From Escherichia coli (GTDB taxonomy: Bacteria > Pseudomonadota > Gammaproteobacteria > Enterobacterales > Enterobacteriaceae): a DNA stretch of 64,000 nucleotides. The notes under the pieces were generated by a model. It did no database searches. It was given only the letters and a program-made list of their open reading frames with translations, and was not told the origin of the DNA. Position numbers and translations under genes: made by a program. Positions 1 to 13,529 of the stretch are shown here, in pieces; position 1 is the first letter of the stretch, and each line of letters opens with the position of its first letter. Location of the stretch: NCBI RefSeq assembly GCF_045037415.1, contig NZ_CP173438.1. The stretch is one strand, 5' to 3'.

Positions 1-1633
1 CTTCATCAATTGCCTGTTGAACAGTACGTCCGTTGCTCAACTCTTCTTTAATACGTTCGTTGATCAGTACGTTCGCATCGACCGCTACCGCAAGGGTTAA
101 GACGATACCCGCGATACCTGGCATACTCAGCGTTGCGCCTGGCAACAGCGACATAATACCGACAATCAAGATCAAGTTGGCAATCAGAGCACTGGTCGCA
201 ATCAGACCAAACTTCTTATAGAAGATGATCATGAACAGAATAGAAACCAGCAGACCGGCAAGGCAAGCCTCCAGCCCCTGCTCAATGTTCTGCATACCCA
301 GGGTTGGGCCAATGGTACGTTCTTCAACAATCTGAATCGGCGCGATCAACGCACCGGCACGCAGCAGCAGTGAAAGCTGACGCGCTTCGCTTGGGTTATT
401 GATGCCAGTAATACGGAAGCTGTTACCCAGACGAGACTGGATGTTGGCGATATTAATCACCTCTTCCTGTTTCACCAGAACCGCACGACCGTTTGCATCT
501 TTCTTACCGCTGTCTTTGTACTCCACAAACAGGGTTGCCATCGGTTTGCCGATGTTGTCCTTGGTGAAGTTAGACATGATGTTACCACCCGCGCTATCGA
601 GAGAGATGTTAACCTGCGGCTGGTTGTATTCGTCCTGGCTGGAAGTGGAGTCGGTGATATGGTCACCGGTCAGAATTACGCGTTTGTACAGCACAACCGG
701 CTGACCTTCGCGGGTCTGTTTCACTTCAGAGTCGCCCGGTACGCGACCGGATGCCGCAGCGGCCTGATCAACGTTGGTGTTTACCAGACGGAATTCCAGC
801 GTTGCCGTCGCACCCAGAATCTCTTTCGCACGCGCAGTGTCCTGAATACCTGGCAGTTCAACAACGATACGGTCAGCACCCTGACGCTGAACCACCGGCT
901 CCGCCACGCCAAGTTGGTTTACACGGTTACGCAGGATATTGATGTTCTGCTGCACCGCATATTCACGCGCTTCACTCAGACGAGCATCGCTCATTACCGC
1001 ACGCAGCTGGTTGCTGCCCTGGCTGCTAATCACCAGGTCCGGATGGCGCTTGCTCAGATACGCAATGGCTTCATCACGAGCTTTAGCATCGCGGAAAGTG
1101 ATGCTCAGGCCGTAGTTGTTTTCTTTACGAACGGTGGTATACGGGATGCCCTTTTCACGCAGGTCGCTGCGCAGGCTATCGATATTTTGTTCCTGGAGTT
1201 TGCCAAGCGCGGTGTCCATATCCACTTCCATCAGGAAGTGAACGCCGCCACGCAGGTCAAGGCCGAGCTTCATCGGCTCAGCATGAATAGCTGCCAGCCA
1301 GCGCGGCGTTGCCGGGGCAAGATTAAGCGCCACGACGTATTTGTCACCCATAACGCCCATTAATGCTTCACGAGCGCGCAGCTGGGTGTCAGTGGAGTCG
1401 AAGCGCGCAAGAATAGCGCCCTCTTCCAGTGCCACAGACTTAGCAGTTATTTTTTCTTCTTGTAACGTTTTCTGGACCTGGATCAGCGTTTGCTCACTGG
1501 CGGCGACTCCGCGCGCACCAGTGATCTGAACAGCCGGATCCTCACCAAACAGGTTGGGAAGCGCATACAGCAGACCGATGACAATCACCACGATCAGCAT
1601 GACGTACTTCCACAAAGGATAACGGTTTAACAC
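1..1633 (-). CDS. secD: Protein translocase subunit SecD, partial (N-terminal ~544 codons; 3' end runs off the window)
   Basis: Reverse-strand reading from 1633 gives GTG start and [12 protein letters not shown]..., matching SecD; lies directly downstream of yajC as in the yajC-secD-secF operon; no stop before the window edge. Confidence 0.9.
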   Translation of the reverse strand, partial: MLNRYPLWKYVMLIVVIVIGLLYALPNLFGEDPAVQITGARGVAASEQTLIQVQKTLQEEKITAKSVALEEGAILARFDSTDTQLRAREALMGVMGDKYVVALNLAPATPRWLAAIHAEPMKLGLDLRGGVHFLMEVDMDTALGKLQEQNIDSLRSDLREKGIPYTTVRKENNYGLSITFRDAKARDEAIAYLSKRHPDLVISSQGSNQLRAVMSDARLSEAREYAVQQNINILRNRVNQLGVAEPVVQRQGADRIVVELPGIQDTARAKEILGATATLEFRLVNTNVDQAAAASGRVPGDSEVKQTREGQPVVLYKRVILTGDHITDSTSSQDEYNQPQVNISLDSAGGNIMSNFTKDNIGKPMATLFVEYKDSGKKDANGRAVLVKQEEVINIANIQSRLGNSFRITGINNPSEARQLSLLLRAGALIAPIQIVEERTIGPTLGMQNIEQGLEACLAGLLVSILFMIIFYKKFGLIATSALIANLILIVGIMSLLPGATLSMPGIAGIVLTLAVAVDANVLINERIKEELSNGRTVQQAIDE

Positions 1634-1660
1634 GGCAATTCCCTTAGGGAAAAATTTTAA

Positions 1661-1993
1661 TTACAGCGCCTTCATGGTGCCTTTCGGCAGAACGGCAGCT
1701 ACGAAGTCACGTTTAATAACTACTTCAGTGGTGTCATTCAGTGCGATAGCAATGTAGCCGTTTTCCGCTACTTTGGTTACGCGACCGACCAGGCCACCGT
1801 TCGTCAGCACTTCATCACCTTTAGCGATGGAGTCCATCAGCTTTTTGTGTTCTTTGGTGCGCTTCTGCTGTGGACGCAGGATCATGAAATAGAAAATCAG
1901 ACCGAATACCACCAGCATCAAAATCAAAGACATCGGGCTACCTTGCGCCGGTGCACCCGTTGCCGCTACCGCATCAGAAATAAAAAAGCTCAT
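1661..1993 (-). CDS. yajC: Sec translocon accessory subunit YajC (110 aa)
   Basis: ORF 1661..2023; internal Met gives MSFFISDAVAATGAPAQGSPMSLILMLVVFGLIFYFMILRPQQKR..., the YajC sequence; start chosen at 1993. Confidence 0.93.
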   Translation of the reverse strand: MSFFISDAVAATGAPAQGSPMSLILMLVVFGLIFYFMILRPQQKRTKEHKKLMDSIAKGDEVLTNGGLVGRVTKVAENGYIAIALNDTTEVVIKRDFVAAVLPKGTMKAL

Positions 1994-2015
1994 TAAATTT
2001 CCCTCATTATTAATA

Positions 2016-3158
<1,143 letters not shown>

Positions 3159-3197
3159 TCAGAAAAACAGTCCAACGTTTAAACCAGCGCCGCGGAA

Positions 3198-4268
3198 TTA
3201 CTCCCCAACGCGCTCATTAATTGCCTGCGGATTGTACGTGATAAACATCGCATCACCGTAACTAAAAAAGCGATATTTCTCTTCTACCGCCGCTTTATAG
3301 GCATTCATGGTGTGTTGATAACCAGCAAATGCCGAAACCAGCATAATCAGCGTCGATTCCGGAAGGTGGAAGTTCGTCACCAGCGCATCGACCACTTTGT
3401 ACTGGAAGCCCGGATAGATAAAGATTTGGGTATCGTCAAAGAACGGTTCAATGAGATCGTTTTTCGCTGCCTGAGCCGCACTTTCCAGCGAACGTACTGA
3501 GGTGGTGCCAACCGCAATCACCCGGTTACCGCGCGCTTTCGCCGCCAGTACCGCGTCTACCACATCCTGCGGCACTTCAGCGTATTCCGAGTGCATGATG
3601 TGATCTTCAATGGTGTCGACGCGCACCGGCTGGAAGGTGCCCGCACCAACGTGCAACGTCACAAACGCCATCTCCACGCCTTTGGCGCGTAATTTTTCCA
3701 GCAAAGGTTCGTCAAAGTGCAGTCCGGCGGTCGGTGCTGCTACCGCGCCGGGTTTTTCGCTATAAACCGTTTGATAAAGTTCGCGGTCTGCATCTTCGTC
3801 CGGACGGTCGATGTACGGCGGCAGCGGCATATGGCCGATGCTGTTGAGAATATCCAGCACCGAACGTTGATCATTAAATTCGACTTCAAACAGTGCGCCG
3901 TGGCGCGCGGTCATTGTTGCGTTAATACTTTCGTCATCGCCCAGCAGCAGTTCTGCGCCAGGTTTTGGCGCTTTCGAGGCGCGAATATGCGCAAGAATGC
4001 GTTTGTCGTCGAGCATCCGCTCAACCAGCACTTCAATCTTGCCGCCGCTGGCTTTACGCCCAAACAGACGCGCCGGGATCACGCGGGTATTATTAAAAAC
4101 CAGAAGATCGCCGGGGTTGAGCTTATCGAGTAAATCGGTGAAAGTACCGTGCGTCAGCGCGCCCGTCGGCCCGTCCAGCGACAGTAAACGACAGCTACTG
4201 CGTTCAGGCATGGGATAGTGGGCAATCAGGGATTCGGGCAATTCAAAAGAGAAATCGGTAACGCGCAT
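3198..4268 (-). CDS. queA: S-adenosylmethionine:tRNA ribosyltransferase-isomerase, 356 aa
   Basis: ORF translation [29 protein letters not shown]...; upstream of tgt in the same orientation. Confidence 0.96.
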   Translation of the reverse strand: MRVTDFSFELPESLIAHYPMPERSSCRLLSLDGPTGALTHGTFTDLLDKLNPGDLLVFNNTRVIPARLFGRKASGGKIEVLVERMLDDKRILAHIRASKAPKPGAELLLGDDESINATMTARHGALFEVEFNDQRSVLDILNSIGHMPLPPYIDRPDEDADRELYQTVYSEKPGAVAAPTAGLHFDEPLLEKLRAKGVEMAFVTLHVGAGTFQPVRVDTIEDHIMHSEYAEVPQDVVDAVLAAKARGNRVIAVGTTSVRSLESAAQAAKNDLIEPFFDDTQIFIYPGFQYKVVDALVTNFHLPESTLIMLVSAFAGYQHTMNAYKAAVEEKYRFFSYGDAMFITYNPQAINERVGE

Positions 4269-4360
4269 GACACTGACTCAGACTAAAATAAGAGGCGGGT
4301 AGTCTAGTGCCGGGGCGCTCTCCCTGCAACCTTTACCCCCCTTTGGATAGAATATAATCG

Positions 4361-4942
4361 ATGAATTTTTTAGCTCACCTGCATTTAGCCCATCTCGCGG
4401 AAAGCTCGCTTTCCGGCAATTTACTGGCTGATTTCGTACGCGGAAATCCTGAAGAAAGTTTTCCGCCCGACGTCGTGGCTGGCATTCATATGCATCGGCG
4501 AATCGACGTATTAACCGACAATCTGCCAGAAGTCCGCGAAGCGCGGGAGTGGTTTCGTAATGAAACGCGCCGTGTCGCGCCTATTACGCTGGATGTGATG
4601 TGGGATCACTTTCTGTCCCGCCACTGGTCGCAGCTGTCGCCCGATTTTCCGCTACAGGAATTTACCTGTTATGCCCGGGAGCAAGTGATGACTATTCTTC
4701 CAGACTCACCGCCACGCTTTATCAATCTGAACAACTACTTATGGTCAGAGCAGTGGTTGGTGCGCTATCGCGATATGGATTTCATCCAGAGCGTGTTAAA
4801 CGGCATGGCAAGCCGTCGCCCACGTCTGGATGCCCTGCGTGACTCCTGGTACGATTTAGACGCCCATTACGATGCTCTCGAAACCCGCTTCTGGCAGTTT
4901 TATCCGCGGATGATGGAGCAGGCGTCACGCAAGGCGTTATAA
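4361..4942 (+). CDS. acpH: Acyl carrier protein phosphodiesterase, 193 aa
   Basis: ORF translation [32 protein letters not shown]...; divergent from queA. Confidence 0.93.
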   Translation: MNFLAHLHLAHLAESSLSGNLLADFVRGNPEESFPPDVVAGIHMHRRIDVLTDNLPEVREAREWFRNETRRVAPITLDVMWDHFLSRHWSQLSPDFPLQEFTCYAREQVMTILPDSPPRFINLNNYLWSEQWLVRYRDMDFIQSVLNGMASRRPRLDALRDSWYDLDAHYDALETRFWQFYPRMMEQASRKAL

Positions 4943-4946
4943 GACG

Positions 4947-6761
4947 TTAATTCATCCACACCGTAGCCGAAATGGCAGGCAAAGCCAGAATCCCGTCCGT
5001 CAGTTGCCCGTGACCTTCTTTGCGTTGCCATTGCGCGACATTAAGCAACGGCGACGCGGGTAGCACCACTTCACAGGCTTCGCCACGGTTGATTGCCACC
5101 AGTACACGCTGCTGATTCAGCACGCGGACAAATACCACCACGTTATCTTCCGCATACAGCACCTGACAGCCGCCACGACGCAACGCCTGACTTTTCTTAC
5201 GCAGCGCAATCATTCGCTGGTACAGCGCGAATAACGCCGAATCCTGCTTTTCCACCTGCCAGGGGAACGGCTTACGGCAAAACGGATCGTTTTTGCCATC
5301 CAGTCCCACTTCATCACCGTAATAAATGCACGGTACACCAGGCCAGGTGAACAGCCAGACCACCGCCAGGGGCAGGCGCGCAACATCCCGACCGAGCAGC
5401 GTTTTAAATCGCGCAGTATCGTGGCTGTCGAGCTGATTAAACATACGTAATTGTTGTTGATGAGAAAGCCCTGCGCGGTAATTATCCATCCAGGCCATAC
5501 AGGTTTGGGCGTCAATTTGCTGCGGATCGTAAGAGATATCGGTGTTGGCAAGAAATCCCCACAACGGGAATGTGAAGCCGCGATAGTTCATGGCGGCATC
5601 TTCCACATCGGCCTGTAACCATTGCCGTGCATCGCCAAAATGTTCGCCGACAATATACGCATCCGGCTGGGTTTCTTTCGCCGCTTCGGTGATCCCGGCA
5701 ACGTGCTGCAAATTATTGCGCGCCCCACCCGCTTCCCCCAGCATATGCACCACATCCAGCCGCCAGCCATCCATATTCCACGGCGCTTTCAGCCAGTGGC
5801 GGACAATACTGTCTTCCCCGCGATAAATTTCATTCACCAGACTTTCCGACTGATAATCCAGCTTCGGCAAGCTGGCATAGCCCAGCCAGTCGAGCGCCGT
5901 GCCATCATCACTAAACGAGTACCAGTCACGCCAGGGTGATTCGGGGTTGTGACAAGCTCCCCCCGTGCCACGATTGTGCCTGTCAAACCAGGCATGGGAA
6001 TCGCCACTGTGGTTAAACACGCCGTCCAGCACCAGTCGTATTCCCAGCTGCTGCGTATTGTGTCGCAAACGCAGCAACGCCCCATCACCGCCAAACTGCG
6101 GATCGACATGGCGATAATCCTCGGTATCGTATTTATGCACGCTGGGAGCTTTAAACACCGGATTGAGATACAGCGCCGTCACGCCAAGTTTTTTCAGATA
6201 CGGCAGTTTTTCACTTATCCCGTCCAGATCGCCGCCATAGAACGTTGATCCGCCAGCCTGCGCCGTGACCGGTTCATCCCAGTCACGCAATATGATCTCT
6301 TGTCCGGCTGCGTGATGGTAATAGACATGATCCTGTTCAGCTTCACGAGGAAGATTACGGGCGAAACGATCAGGGAAGATCTGATAAAAAATCTGATCCG
6401 CAGCCCATTGTGGGCCGATATCCGGTACATCGATGGCAAACTGCTCCTGTCGTGCCGGCGGCATTCGGCTGAAGCCTTGCGGTGTAAACCAACGCTGGCG
6501 ATCGTGCCACAGCAATTTGAAACTATAACGCCGCCGAGGTTGTCCGCAGGAGAGCTCGATCGCCGCCCGCCATGCGGTGACGCCAGGCTGCGGCTGACTG
6601 CGCTGCTTATGCATCGGTACTGACATTTCTTCGTTATCGTGTTCTGTACGCAGCATAATGCGCTGCGGTGGGTCTTCGCCCGTCAGCCACAGTGTAATGA
6701 GCAGTTGATCTTTGCTTTGTTTAACAAATGGGGGCACCGGCAGATGCCATGCATTTAACAT
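4947..6761 (-). CDS. malZ: Maltodextrin glucosidase, about 604 aa
   Basis: ORF 4947..6764 ([20 protein letters not shown]...); glycoside hydrolase family 13 motifs ([18 protein letters not shown]); second Met taken as start. Confidence 0.95.
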   Translation of the reverse strand: MLNAWHLPVPPFVKQSKDQLLITLWLTGEDPPQRIMLRTEHDNEEMSVPMHKQRSQPQPGVTAWRAAIELSCGQPRRRYSFKLLWHDRQRWFTPQGFSRMPPARQEQFAIDVPDIGPQWAADQIFYQIFPDRFARNLPREAEQDHVYYHHAAGQEIILRDWDEPVTAQAGGSTFYGGDLDGISEKLPYLKKLGVTALYLNPVFKAPSVHKYDTEDYRHVDPQFGGDGALLRLRHNTQQLGIRLVLDGVFNHSGDSHAWFDRHNRGTGGACHNPESPWRDWYSFSDDGTALDWLGYASLPKLDYQSESLVNEIYRGEDSIVRHWLKAPWNMDGWRLDVVHMLGEAGGARNNLQHVAGITEAAKETQPDAYIVGEHFGDARQWLQADVEDAAMNYRGFTFPLWGFLANTDISYDPQQIDAQTCMAWMDNYRAGLSHQQQLRMFNQLDSHDTARFKTLLGRDVARLPLAVVWLFTWPGVPCIYYGDEVGLDGKNDPFCRKPFPWQVEKQDSALFALYQRMIALRKKSQALRRGGCQVLYAEDNVVVFVRVLNQQRVLVAINRGEACEVVLPASPLLNVAQWQRKEGHGQLTDGILALPAISATVWMN

Positions 6762-6839
6762 CATAATTCCCCTGTGATGAAAATCTGATCACCTTGCCAT
6801 AGCCTAATGCAGGATCACTCATCATCTGAAGGATATTTG

Positions 6840-6849
6840 GGGGAGGAGG
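6840..6849. promoter_or_regulatory. MalT-box-like motif (GGGGAGGAGG) in the malZ upstream region
   Basis: Sequence GGGGAGGAGG about 80 bp upstream of the malZ start matches the MalT box consensus GGGGA(T/G)GAGG; orientation and function not verified. Confidence 0.3.
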
Positions 6850-6919
6850 ACGGGGGCGGATAACTTTCGGAATAGCCGGATCAGGATTTCCTCCTGAACC
6901 GGCTTACAGAACGCAAGGA

Positions 6920-8293
6920 TTACTGGTTTTCAGCCAGCTGACGATCGTGGCGGCGCTTAAACATCCAGCCAATCAACAGCACAACAATCCACGCGAAACC
7001 AACATACAGCGAGATACGCGTATCAGGGTGATAACCAATCAACCCGATAATAAAGAGCAGGAAAATCAAACCGCCGATGGTCGTTGCTACCCCACCCGGC
7101 ACTTTAAATTTCAGCGCCTTAACTTCTTCTGGCGGCAAACGGCGACGGAAGGCGATTTGCGACAGCAGGATCATAATCCACACCCACACCGTGGCGAAGG
7201 TTGCCAGCGAAGCGATCACCAGGAAGACGTTTTCCGGCATGATGTAGTTCAGATACACCGCAAACAGCAGCGCGGTAGTCATCACCAGCACCGTAACCCA
7301 CGGAATACCGCGACGCGAGGTTTTGCTGAAAATTTTTGGCGCGCTGCCCTGCTCTGCCATACCGTGGAGCATACGGCCTACACCAAATACGTCACTGTTA
7401 ATTGCCGACAGCGAAGCGGTCAGCACAACAAAGTTAAGAATGCTGGCGGCAAAGGTAATGCCCATATGCTGGAACGTCAGCACAAACGGGCTACCGGCAG
7501 TGCCAACCTGATTCCACGGGTAGATAGACATAATGACGAACAGCGTACCGACGTAGAACACCAGAATACGCATCGGCACGGAGTTAATCGCACGCGGAAT
7601 CGATTTCTCAGGATCTTTCGCTTCACCGGCGGTAATCCCGATAATTTCGATCCCACCGTAAGCAAACATCACCATTTGCAACGACATCACCATACCAAGC
7701 CAGCCGTTACTGAAGAAGCCGCCGTTGCTCCACAGGTTATGAATACCGGTCGGTTGCCCGCCGTTGCCAATCCCCCAGATGATGATGCCGAAACCGGCGA
7801 CAATCATGATGATGATAGTGGCGACTTTAAAGAACGAGAACCAGAACTCCAGCTCACCGAATACCTTCACGCTCATCAGGTTTACGGCGCAAATGATCAG
7901 CACCACACTCAGTACCCAAATCCAGTGCGGCACCGTCGGGAACCAGACACCCATATAGATACCAAAAGCGGTCACATCGGCGATGGCGACAATAAGGATT
8001 TCAAAGCAGTAGGTCCAGCCGGTAATGTAACCTGCCAGCGGGCCGAGGTTTTCCTGCGCATAACGCGAGAAAGAGCTGGCTGCCGGGTTATGTACCGACA
8101 TTTCCCCCAGCGCACGCATAATGATATACGCCGCGATACCACCGATAATATAGGCCAACAACACGCTTGGACCGGCCATTTTGATGGCATCTGCCGAACC
8201 GTAAAACAGCCCGGTGCCAATTGCTGAACCCAGTGCCATAAAGCGTATGTGTCGGGTACTTAGCCCACGCTTTAGCTTGTTCTTACTTTCCAT
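6920..8293 (-). CDS. proY: Proline-specific permease (APC family amino-acid transporter), about 457 aa
   Basis: ORF 6920..8296, [52 protein letters not shown]...; highly hydrophobic with 12 predicted TM segments. Confidence 0.93.
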   Translation of the reverse strand: MESKNKLKRGLSTRHIRFMALGSAIGTGLFYGSADAIKMAGPSVLLAYIIGGIAAYIIMRALGEMSVHNPAASSFSRYAQENLGPLAGYITGWTYCFEILIVAIADVTAFGIYMGVWFPTVPHWIWVLSVVLIICAVNLMSVKVFGELEFWFSFFKVATIIIMIVAGFGIIIWGIGNGGQPTGIHNLWSNGGFFSNGWLGMVMSLQMVMFAYGGIEIIGITAGEAKDPEKSIPRAINSVPMRILVFYVGTLFVIMSIYPWNQVGTAGSPFVLTFQHMGITFAASILNFVVLTASLSAINSDVFGVGRMLHGMAEQGSAPKIFSKTSRRGIPWVTVLVMTTALLFAVYLNYIMPENVFLVIASLATFATVWVWIMILLSQIAFRRRLPPEEVKALKFKVPGGVATTIGGLIFLLFIIGLIGYHPDTRISLYVGFAWIVVLLIGWMFKRRHDRQLAENQ

Positions 8294-8368
8294 CAATTCC
8301 TAACCCATCAACACAATAAAAAACCACGGGGCATCGCAGCCCCGTGGTTAAAACAAATGTTCAGTGAT

Positions 8369-9688
8369 TTAGTGAGCGCTGGAGGTCACCTGACGACCTG
8401 CCGCGCGATCCCAGATAATGGCCAGAACCACCATCACCACTGTTGGCATTAACCACGCCAGACCTTGTTCGGCCAGCGGTAAACGCTGCGCCCAGGACGG
8501 TAAGATATCGCTGAATGCAGATGCCTTGATCCCGTCGAGAATACCAAAAAGCAGGCTGATAAACATCGGCGGAGCAATCACGCGGGACGAATTATGCCAC
8601 CATGAGCGTGTAAAACTTAATACAACCAGTGCGATACACGGCGGATAAATGGCGGTCAGCACCGGTACAGAGATCTGAATCAGCTGGCTCAAGCCGAGGT
8701 TAGACACCACCATCGAGAAGCCGCCGAGGATAAACACCAGCGTACGATAAGAGAGCGGTACGTACTGGGCGAAGAATTCTGCACAAGCACAGGTCAGGCC
8801 AACCGCCGTGACCAGGCAGGCGATGAAGATTAACGCCGCCAGCAGGAAGCTACCGCCGCCGCCAAAGGTATGCTGAACGTAAGCATGCAGGATCGCCGCA
8901 CCGTTTGCAGACTGATCGACCAGCGACGCGCTGTCTGAACCCAGACGGAACAGCGCCAGGTACAGCAGAGTCAGACCAACACCCGCCATCAGGCCAGCCC
9001 AGACGGTATAACGGGTCAGCAGACGCGCTTCGGTAACGCCACGAGAACGCGCCGCGTTAACAATAACGATACCAAACACCATTGCGCCCAGCGTATCCAT
9101 GGTCAGATAGCCGTTGACGAAGCCGTTAGAAAACGCAGCGTTTTGATAAGCCTCAGTCGCCGTGCTGATAGAACCCGCCGGCCAGATAATTGCGGCAACA
9201 GACAGGATGACCAGCGCGATAATTTTCAGCGGCGCAAGGAAGTTGCCCACGGTATCCAGCAGCTTGCCCGGATAGAGCGAAACCAGAATAACGATAGCGA
9301 AATAGACCAGGCTGTAAATAAACAGCGGCAGCGCGGAATCACCCGTCAGCGGCGCAATGCCCACTTCAAAAGAAACGGTAGCTGTACGCGGCGTAGCGAA
9401 AAGCGGCCCCACCGCCAGGTAACAAACTGTTGCCAGCAGTACGCCAGCGACTTTACCAATTGGCGTGCTGAGACTGTCAACACCGCCGCCAACTTTTGCC
9501 AGCGCCACTACCGTTAATACCGGTAGGCCAACGGCAGTAATGAGGAAGCCGAATGCCGCAGTCCAGACGTGTTCGCCTGCCTGCAAGCCGACCATTGGAG
9601 GGAAAATAATGTTACCTGCGCCGACGAACAACGCAAATGTCATAAAGCCCAGAGCGATGATATCGCGCGATCTTAATTGATGGGTCAT
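8369..9688 (-). CDS. brnQ: Branched-chain amino acid transport system 2 carrier (LIVCS family), 439 aa
   Basis: ORF translation [42 protein letters not shown]... Confidence 0.95.
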   Translation of the reverse strand: MTHQLRSRDIIALGFMTFALFVGAGNIIFPPMVGLQAGEHVWTAAFGFLITAVGLPVLTVVALAKVGGGVDSLSTPIGKVAGVLLATVCYLAVGPLFATPRTATVSFEVGIAPLTGDSALPLFIYSLVYFAIVILVSLYPGKLLDTVGNFLAPLKIIALVILSVAAIIWPAGSISTATEAYQNAAFSNGFVNGYLTMDTLGAMVFGIVIVNAARSRGVTEARLLTRYTVWAGLMAGVGLTLLYLALFRLGSDSASLVDQSANGAAILHAYVQHTFGGGGSFLLAALIFIACLVTAVGLTCACAEFFAQYVPLSYRTLVFILGGFSMVVSNLGLSQLIQISVPVLTAIYPPCIALVVLSFTRSWWHNSSRVIAPPMFISLLFGILDGIKASAFSDILPSWAQRLPLAEQGLAWLMPTVVMVVLAIIWDRAAGRQVTSSAH

Positions 9689-9931
9689 AAATCATACTGC
9701 CTGTGGATGTGGTGTTGTAACGTTAAATTTTTGTGCCAATCCCTGGGGATGATACAGCGGTATATTTAAACAATTTTAGCGGGAAATACTCCCAACCAGG
9801 CGCGGCGAAGAATAGTTTTTCGATTTACCGCGTAAATGCAGTCAGTATGACAGCACCTGAAGCGCAATTTAAACGCTTATAACGTTTTAAAGCAAGAAGG
9901 GATCTAAAAACCAGAGGTATATAGCGATAAG

Positions 9932-10015
9932 AAATCACCAACCAGTATAAAACACTATTTCAATGAAAAAGACATGGCTAATCATGCGAACAAAAAATCA
10001 CCAACCATTGTAAAA
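9932..10015. repeat. Two 21-bp imperfect direct repeats (AAATCACCAACCAGTATAAAA / AAATCACCAACCATTGTAAAA) spaced 63 bp apart, upstream of brnQ
   Basis: Seen directly: 9932..9952 and 9995..10015 share 18 of 21 positions; they lie in the phoR-brnQ intergenic region. Confidence 0.6.
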
Positions 10016-10038
10016 TCTAACGCCCGTATTTCGACTGC

Positions 10039-10067
10039 AAAGAAAATAAGCCAGCATCGGCTGGCTT
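10039..10067 (-). terminator. Putative rho-independent terminator downstream of phoR
   Basis: Inverted repeat AAGCCAGC-ATCG-GCTGGCTT at 10048..10067, followed on the minus strand by a T-rich run (ATTTTCTTT), 28 bp past the phoR stop. Confidence 0.55.
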
Positions 10068-10094
10068 ATGGCAATAAAAGATGACAAAGGCGAA

Positions 10095-11390
10095 TTAATC
10101 GCTGTTTTTGGCAATTAAACGTTCCGGGATAATAAAACTGAAACGTGTACCTTTTCCTACTGTACTCTCAATATTCAGGCGACTTTCGTGATGATTCACC
10201 GCATGTTTCACGATCGCTAACCCTAATCCGCTACCACCGGTTTGCCGGGAACGCGCTTTATCAACGCGATAAAAACGCTCGGTCAGGCGCGGAATATGCT
10301 CCGGTGCAATGCCCGGTCCGTTATCTTCAACACTAAATTCGGCACCGTGCGGCACTCGCTGCCAGCGTACGGTGATATGCGTGCCTTCCGGCGTATGATT
10401 CACGGCGTTATAGACCAGGTTCGAAATCGCACTACGTAGCTGATCTTCGTTGCCTGACACCTTGAGGCCGTTATCTATCTCAAAGGTAAATGTCTGTTTT
10501 TTCTGACTCAGAGTCTGAGCCTCGCGCTCAACGACGCGCAGCATCATCGGCACATCAACCTTTTCATTGAGCAAATGCGTCGGTGCGGCTTCTATTTTCG
10601 ACAGCGTCAGCAATTGCTTCACCAACCCTTCCATCCGCTGGGTCTGCTCACGCATGGTGTGCAACGCTTTTTCACGTACCGCGCCTTCCAGCGGTTGCTC
10701 ATCCATCATCTCCAGGTAACCCTGTAACACGGTCAATGGCGTACGTAACTCATGGCTCACGTTGGCAAAAAAGTTACGCCGCGCCCCTTCCAGTTGATGC
10801 ATTTGCGTGACATCTCGCGCCACCATCAGCAACTGTTTGTGGGTATAAGGCATGACGCGAATCTCCAGATGCCGCCCGGTATTGAGCACCAGATTGAGCG
10901 GGCGAGAGAAATCACGCGTTTTCAGATATTGCGTAAACTCCGGGTAACGCAGCAAGTTAAGGATGTTCTGCCCGTTATCTTCCGGCCAGCGCAAGCCAAG
11001 AATCTGTTGCGCCAGACCGTTGCACCAGAAAATACCGCCCTCTTCCGTGGTCAGCACCACCGCGTCGGGCAGCGACTCCGCGCCGCTACGAAAGCGTTTA
11101 ATCAGATTGCCCAGTTCACGGCGGCGTTTTTTATTTCGCAGCTGCATCTGGTGTAAGCCGTATAGTAGCGGTTCCCAGCTACCACGCCCCGGTGGCGGGG
11201 TCATACTACGATCCACCCACAGCCACCATGAAAGGCGCAATAAATTCCAGAAATGCCAGATAAGCAGTCCTGTTACCGATGCCAGCAAAAACCAGGGCAG
11301 GTAACCCAAAAATGCACCCAGGATGAAAGCCGGGAGGCAGCAAAATAGCAGCTCCAGCACCAGCCTTTTCCACGACAGCCGTTCCAGCAC
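10095..11390 (-). CDS. phoR: Phosphate regulon sensor histidine kinase, 431 aa
   Basis: ORF translation [58 protein letters not shown]...; H-box ...[14 protein letters not shown]...; directly downstream of phoB. Confidence 0.96.
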   Translation of the reverse strand: MLERLSWKRLVLELLFCCLPAFILGAFLGYLPWFLLASVTGLLIWHFWNLLRLSWWLWVDRSMTPPPGRGSWEPLLYGLHQMQLRNKKRRRELGNLIKRFRSGAESLPDAVVLTTEEGGIFWCNGLAQQILGLRWPEDNGQNILNLLRYPEFTQYLKTRDFSRPLNLVLNTGRHLEIRVMPYTHKQLLMVARDVTQMHQLEGARRNFFANVSHELRTPLTVLQGYLEMMDEQPLEGAVREKALHTMREQTQRMEGLVKQLLTLSKIEAAPTHLLNEKVDVPMMLRVVEREAQTLSQKKQTFTFEIDNGLKVSGNEDQLRSAISNLVYNAVNHTPEGTHITVRWQRVPHGAEFSVEDNGPGIAPEHIPRLTERFYRVDKARSRQTGGSGLGLAIVKHAVNHHESRLNIESTVGKGTRFSFIIPERLIAKNSD

Positions 11391-11447
11391 GTAAGATACT
11401 CCAGTTAAGAAATCATAAGCCCTGCTCTACGTCCGATGAGCAAGGCC

Positions 11448-12137
11448 TTAAAAGCGGGTTGAAAAACGATACCCTGTACCGCGCACGGTCTGCACCATGC
11501 GGTCATGCCCGCCGGGCTCCAGTGCTTTACGCAGGCGACGAATGTGGACATCGACCGTACGATCTTCCACATACACGTTGGTTCCCCATACGTGATTTAA
11601 CAGTTGCTCGCGACTGTACACGCGCTCGGGATGCGTCATAAAAAAGTGCAGCAGTTTAAATTCAGTTGGCCCCATCTCCAGCGGTTCTTCGCCCGCCATC
11701 ACCCGGTGAGATGTCGGATCGAGACTTAGCCCCTGCATCTCAATCACCTCTTCCACCGCCATCGGCGATATACGGCGCATTACCGCTTTAATTCGCGCCA
11801 CCAGCTCCTTCGGAGAAAACGGCTTGGTGATATAGTCATCCGCACCGGTTTCAAGGCCGCGCACGCGATCTTCTTCTTCCCCTCTGGCGGTCAACATCAC
11901 CACTGGAATATCCCGGGTCATCGACTCGCGCTTGAGGTGTTTGATGAACTGGATACCGGAGCCGCCAGGTAACATCCAGTCAAGGAGAATTAAATCCGGC
12001 CAGGGTTCATTCAGTTGATTCACAGCACTGTCATAATCTTCCGCTTCGACCGGCTGAAAGCCATTTTGTTCGAGCACGAAGCAGACCATTTCGCGAATTG
12101 GAGCTTCATCTTCTACGACCAGAATACGTCTCGCCAT
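11448..12137 (-). CDS. phoB: Phosphate regulon response regulator (OmpR family), 229 aa
   Basis: ORF translation [61 protein letters not shown]... Confidence 0.97.
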
Positions 12138-12190
12138 GATTTGCCCTGTTGTAATAAATAGGTTGCGATCATTAATGCGACGTCATTATG

Positions 12191-12219
12191 CGTCAGATTT
12201 ATGACAGATTTATGAAAAG
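12191..12219 (-). promoter_or_regulatory. Pho box (PhoB binding site) of the phoB promoter
   Basis: Minus-strand sequence CTTTTCATAAATCTGTCATAAATCTGACG contains tandem CTGTCAT-type repeats matching the Pho box consensus, 55-80 bp upstream of the phoB ATG. Confidence 0.85.
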
Positions 12220-12326
12220 CTCGTCGCACATATCTTCAGGTTATTGATTTCCGTGGCACAGAAAAAAGCAAATGGCACATCTGTTTGGGTATAATCGCGC
12301 CCATGCTTTTTCGCCAGGGAACCGTT

Positions 12327-13529
12327 ATGCGCATCCTTCACACCTCAGACTGGCATCTCGGCCAGAACTTCTACAGTAAAAGCCGCGAAGCTGAACATCA
12401 GGCTTTTCTTGACTGGCTGCTGGAGACAGCACAAGCCCATCTGGTGGATGCGATTATTGTTGCCGGTGATGTTTTCGATACCGGCTCGCCGCCCAGTTAC
12501 GCCCGCACGTTATACAACCGTTTTGTTGTCAATTTACAGCAAACTGGCTGTCATCTGGTGGTACTGGCAGGAAACCATGACTCGGTCGCCACGCTGAATG
12601 AATCGCGCGATATCATGGCGTTCCTCAATACTACCGTGGTCGCCAGCGCCGGACATGCGCCGCAAATATTGCCCCGTCGCGACGGGACGCCAGGCGCAGT
12701 GCTGTGTCCCATACCTTTTTTACGCCCGCGTGACATTATTACCAGCCAGGCGGGGCTTAACGGTATTGAAAAACAGCAGCATTTGCTGGCGGCTATTACT
12801 GATTATTATCAACAACATTATGCCGATGCCTGCAAACTGCGCGGCGATCAGCCTCTGCCCATCATCGCCACTGGACATTTAACGACCGTGGGTGCCAGTA
12901 AAAGTGACGCCGTGCGTGACATTTATATTGGCACGCTGGACGCGTTTCCGGCACAAAACTTTCCACCAGCCGACTACATCGCGCTCGGGCATATTCACCG
13001 CGCGCAGCTTATTGGCGGCATGGAACATGTTCGCTATTGCGGCTCCCCCATTCCACTGAGTTTTGATGAATGCGGTAAGAGTAAATATGTCCATCTGGTG
13101 ACATTTTCAAACGGCAAATTAGAGAGCGTGGAAAACCTGAACGTACCGGTAACGCAACCCATGGCGGTGCTGAAAGGCGATCTGGCGTCGATTACCGCAC
13201 AGCTGGAACAGTGGCGCGATGTATCACAGGAGCCGCCTGTCTGGCTGGATATCGAAATCACTACTGATGAGTATCTGCATGATATTCAGCGCAAAATCCA
13301 GGCATTAACCGAATCATTGCCTGTCGAAGTATTGCTGGTACGCCGGAGTCGTGAACAGCGCGAGCGTGTGTTAGCCAGCCAACAGCGTGAAACCCTCAGC
13401 GAACTCAGCGTCGAAGAGGTGTTCAATCGCCGTCTGGCACTGGAAGAACTGGATGAATCACAGCAGCAACGTCTGCAGCATCTTTTCGCCACGACGTTGC
13501 ATAGCCTCGCCGGAGAACACGAAGCATGA
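12327..13529 (+). CDS. sbcD: Nuclease SbcCD subunit D (Mre11-like phosphoesterase), 400 aa
   Basis: ORF 12285..13529; internal Met gives [31 protein letters not shown]... with phosphoesterase motifs (DWHLG, GDVFD, GNHD); start chosen at 12327. Confidence 0.95.
   Translation: MRILHTSDWHLGQNFYSKSREAEHQAFLDWLLETAQAHLVDAIIVAGDVFDTGSPPSYARTLYNRFVVNLQQTGCHLVVLAGNHDSVATLNESRDIMAFLNTTVVASAGHAPQILPRRDGTPGAVLCPIPFLRPRDIITSQAGLNGIEKQQHLLAAITDYYQQHYADACKLRGDQPLPIIATGHLTTVGASKSDAVRDIYIGTLDAFPAQNFPPADYIALGHIHRAQLIGGMEHVRYCGSPIPLSFDECGKSKYVHLVTFSNGKLESVENLNVPVTQPMAVLKGDLASITAQLEQWRDVSQEPPVWLDIEITTDEYLHDIQRKIQALTESLPVEVLLVRRSREQRERVLASQQRETLSELSVEEVFNRRLALEELDESQQQRLQHLFATTLHSLAGEHEA

Noticed and set aside
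659-1363. 234-aa plus-strand ORF within secD
   Set aside because: Antisense to the clearly identified secD coding frame; the translation is Arg/Thr-rich nonsense.
6947-8227. 426-aa plus-strand ORF running antisense through proY
   Set aside because: Arg/His/Gln-rich, low-complexity translation with no recognisable domain; it fully overlaps a well-supported transporter gene on the other strand. Long antisense ORFs are common in GC-rich biased-codon genes.
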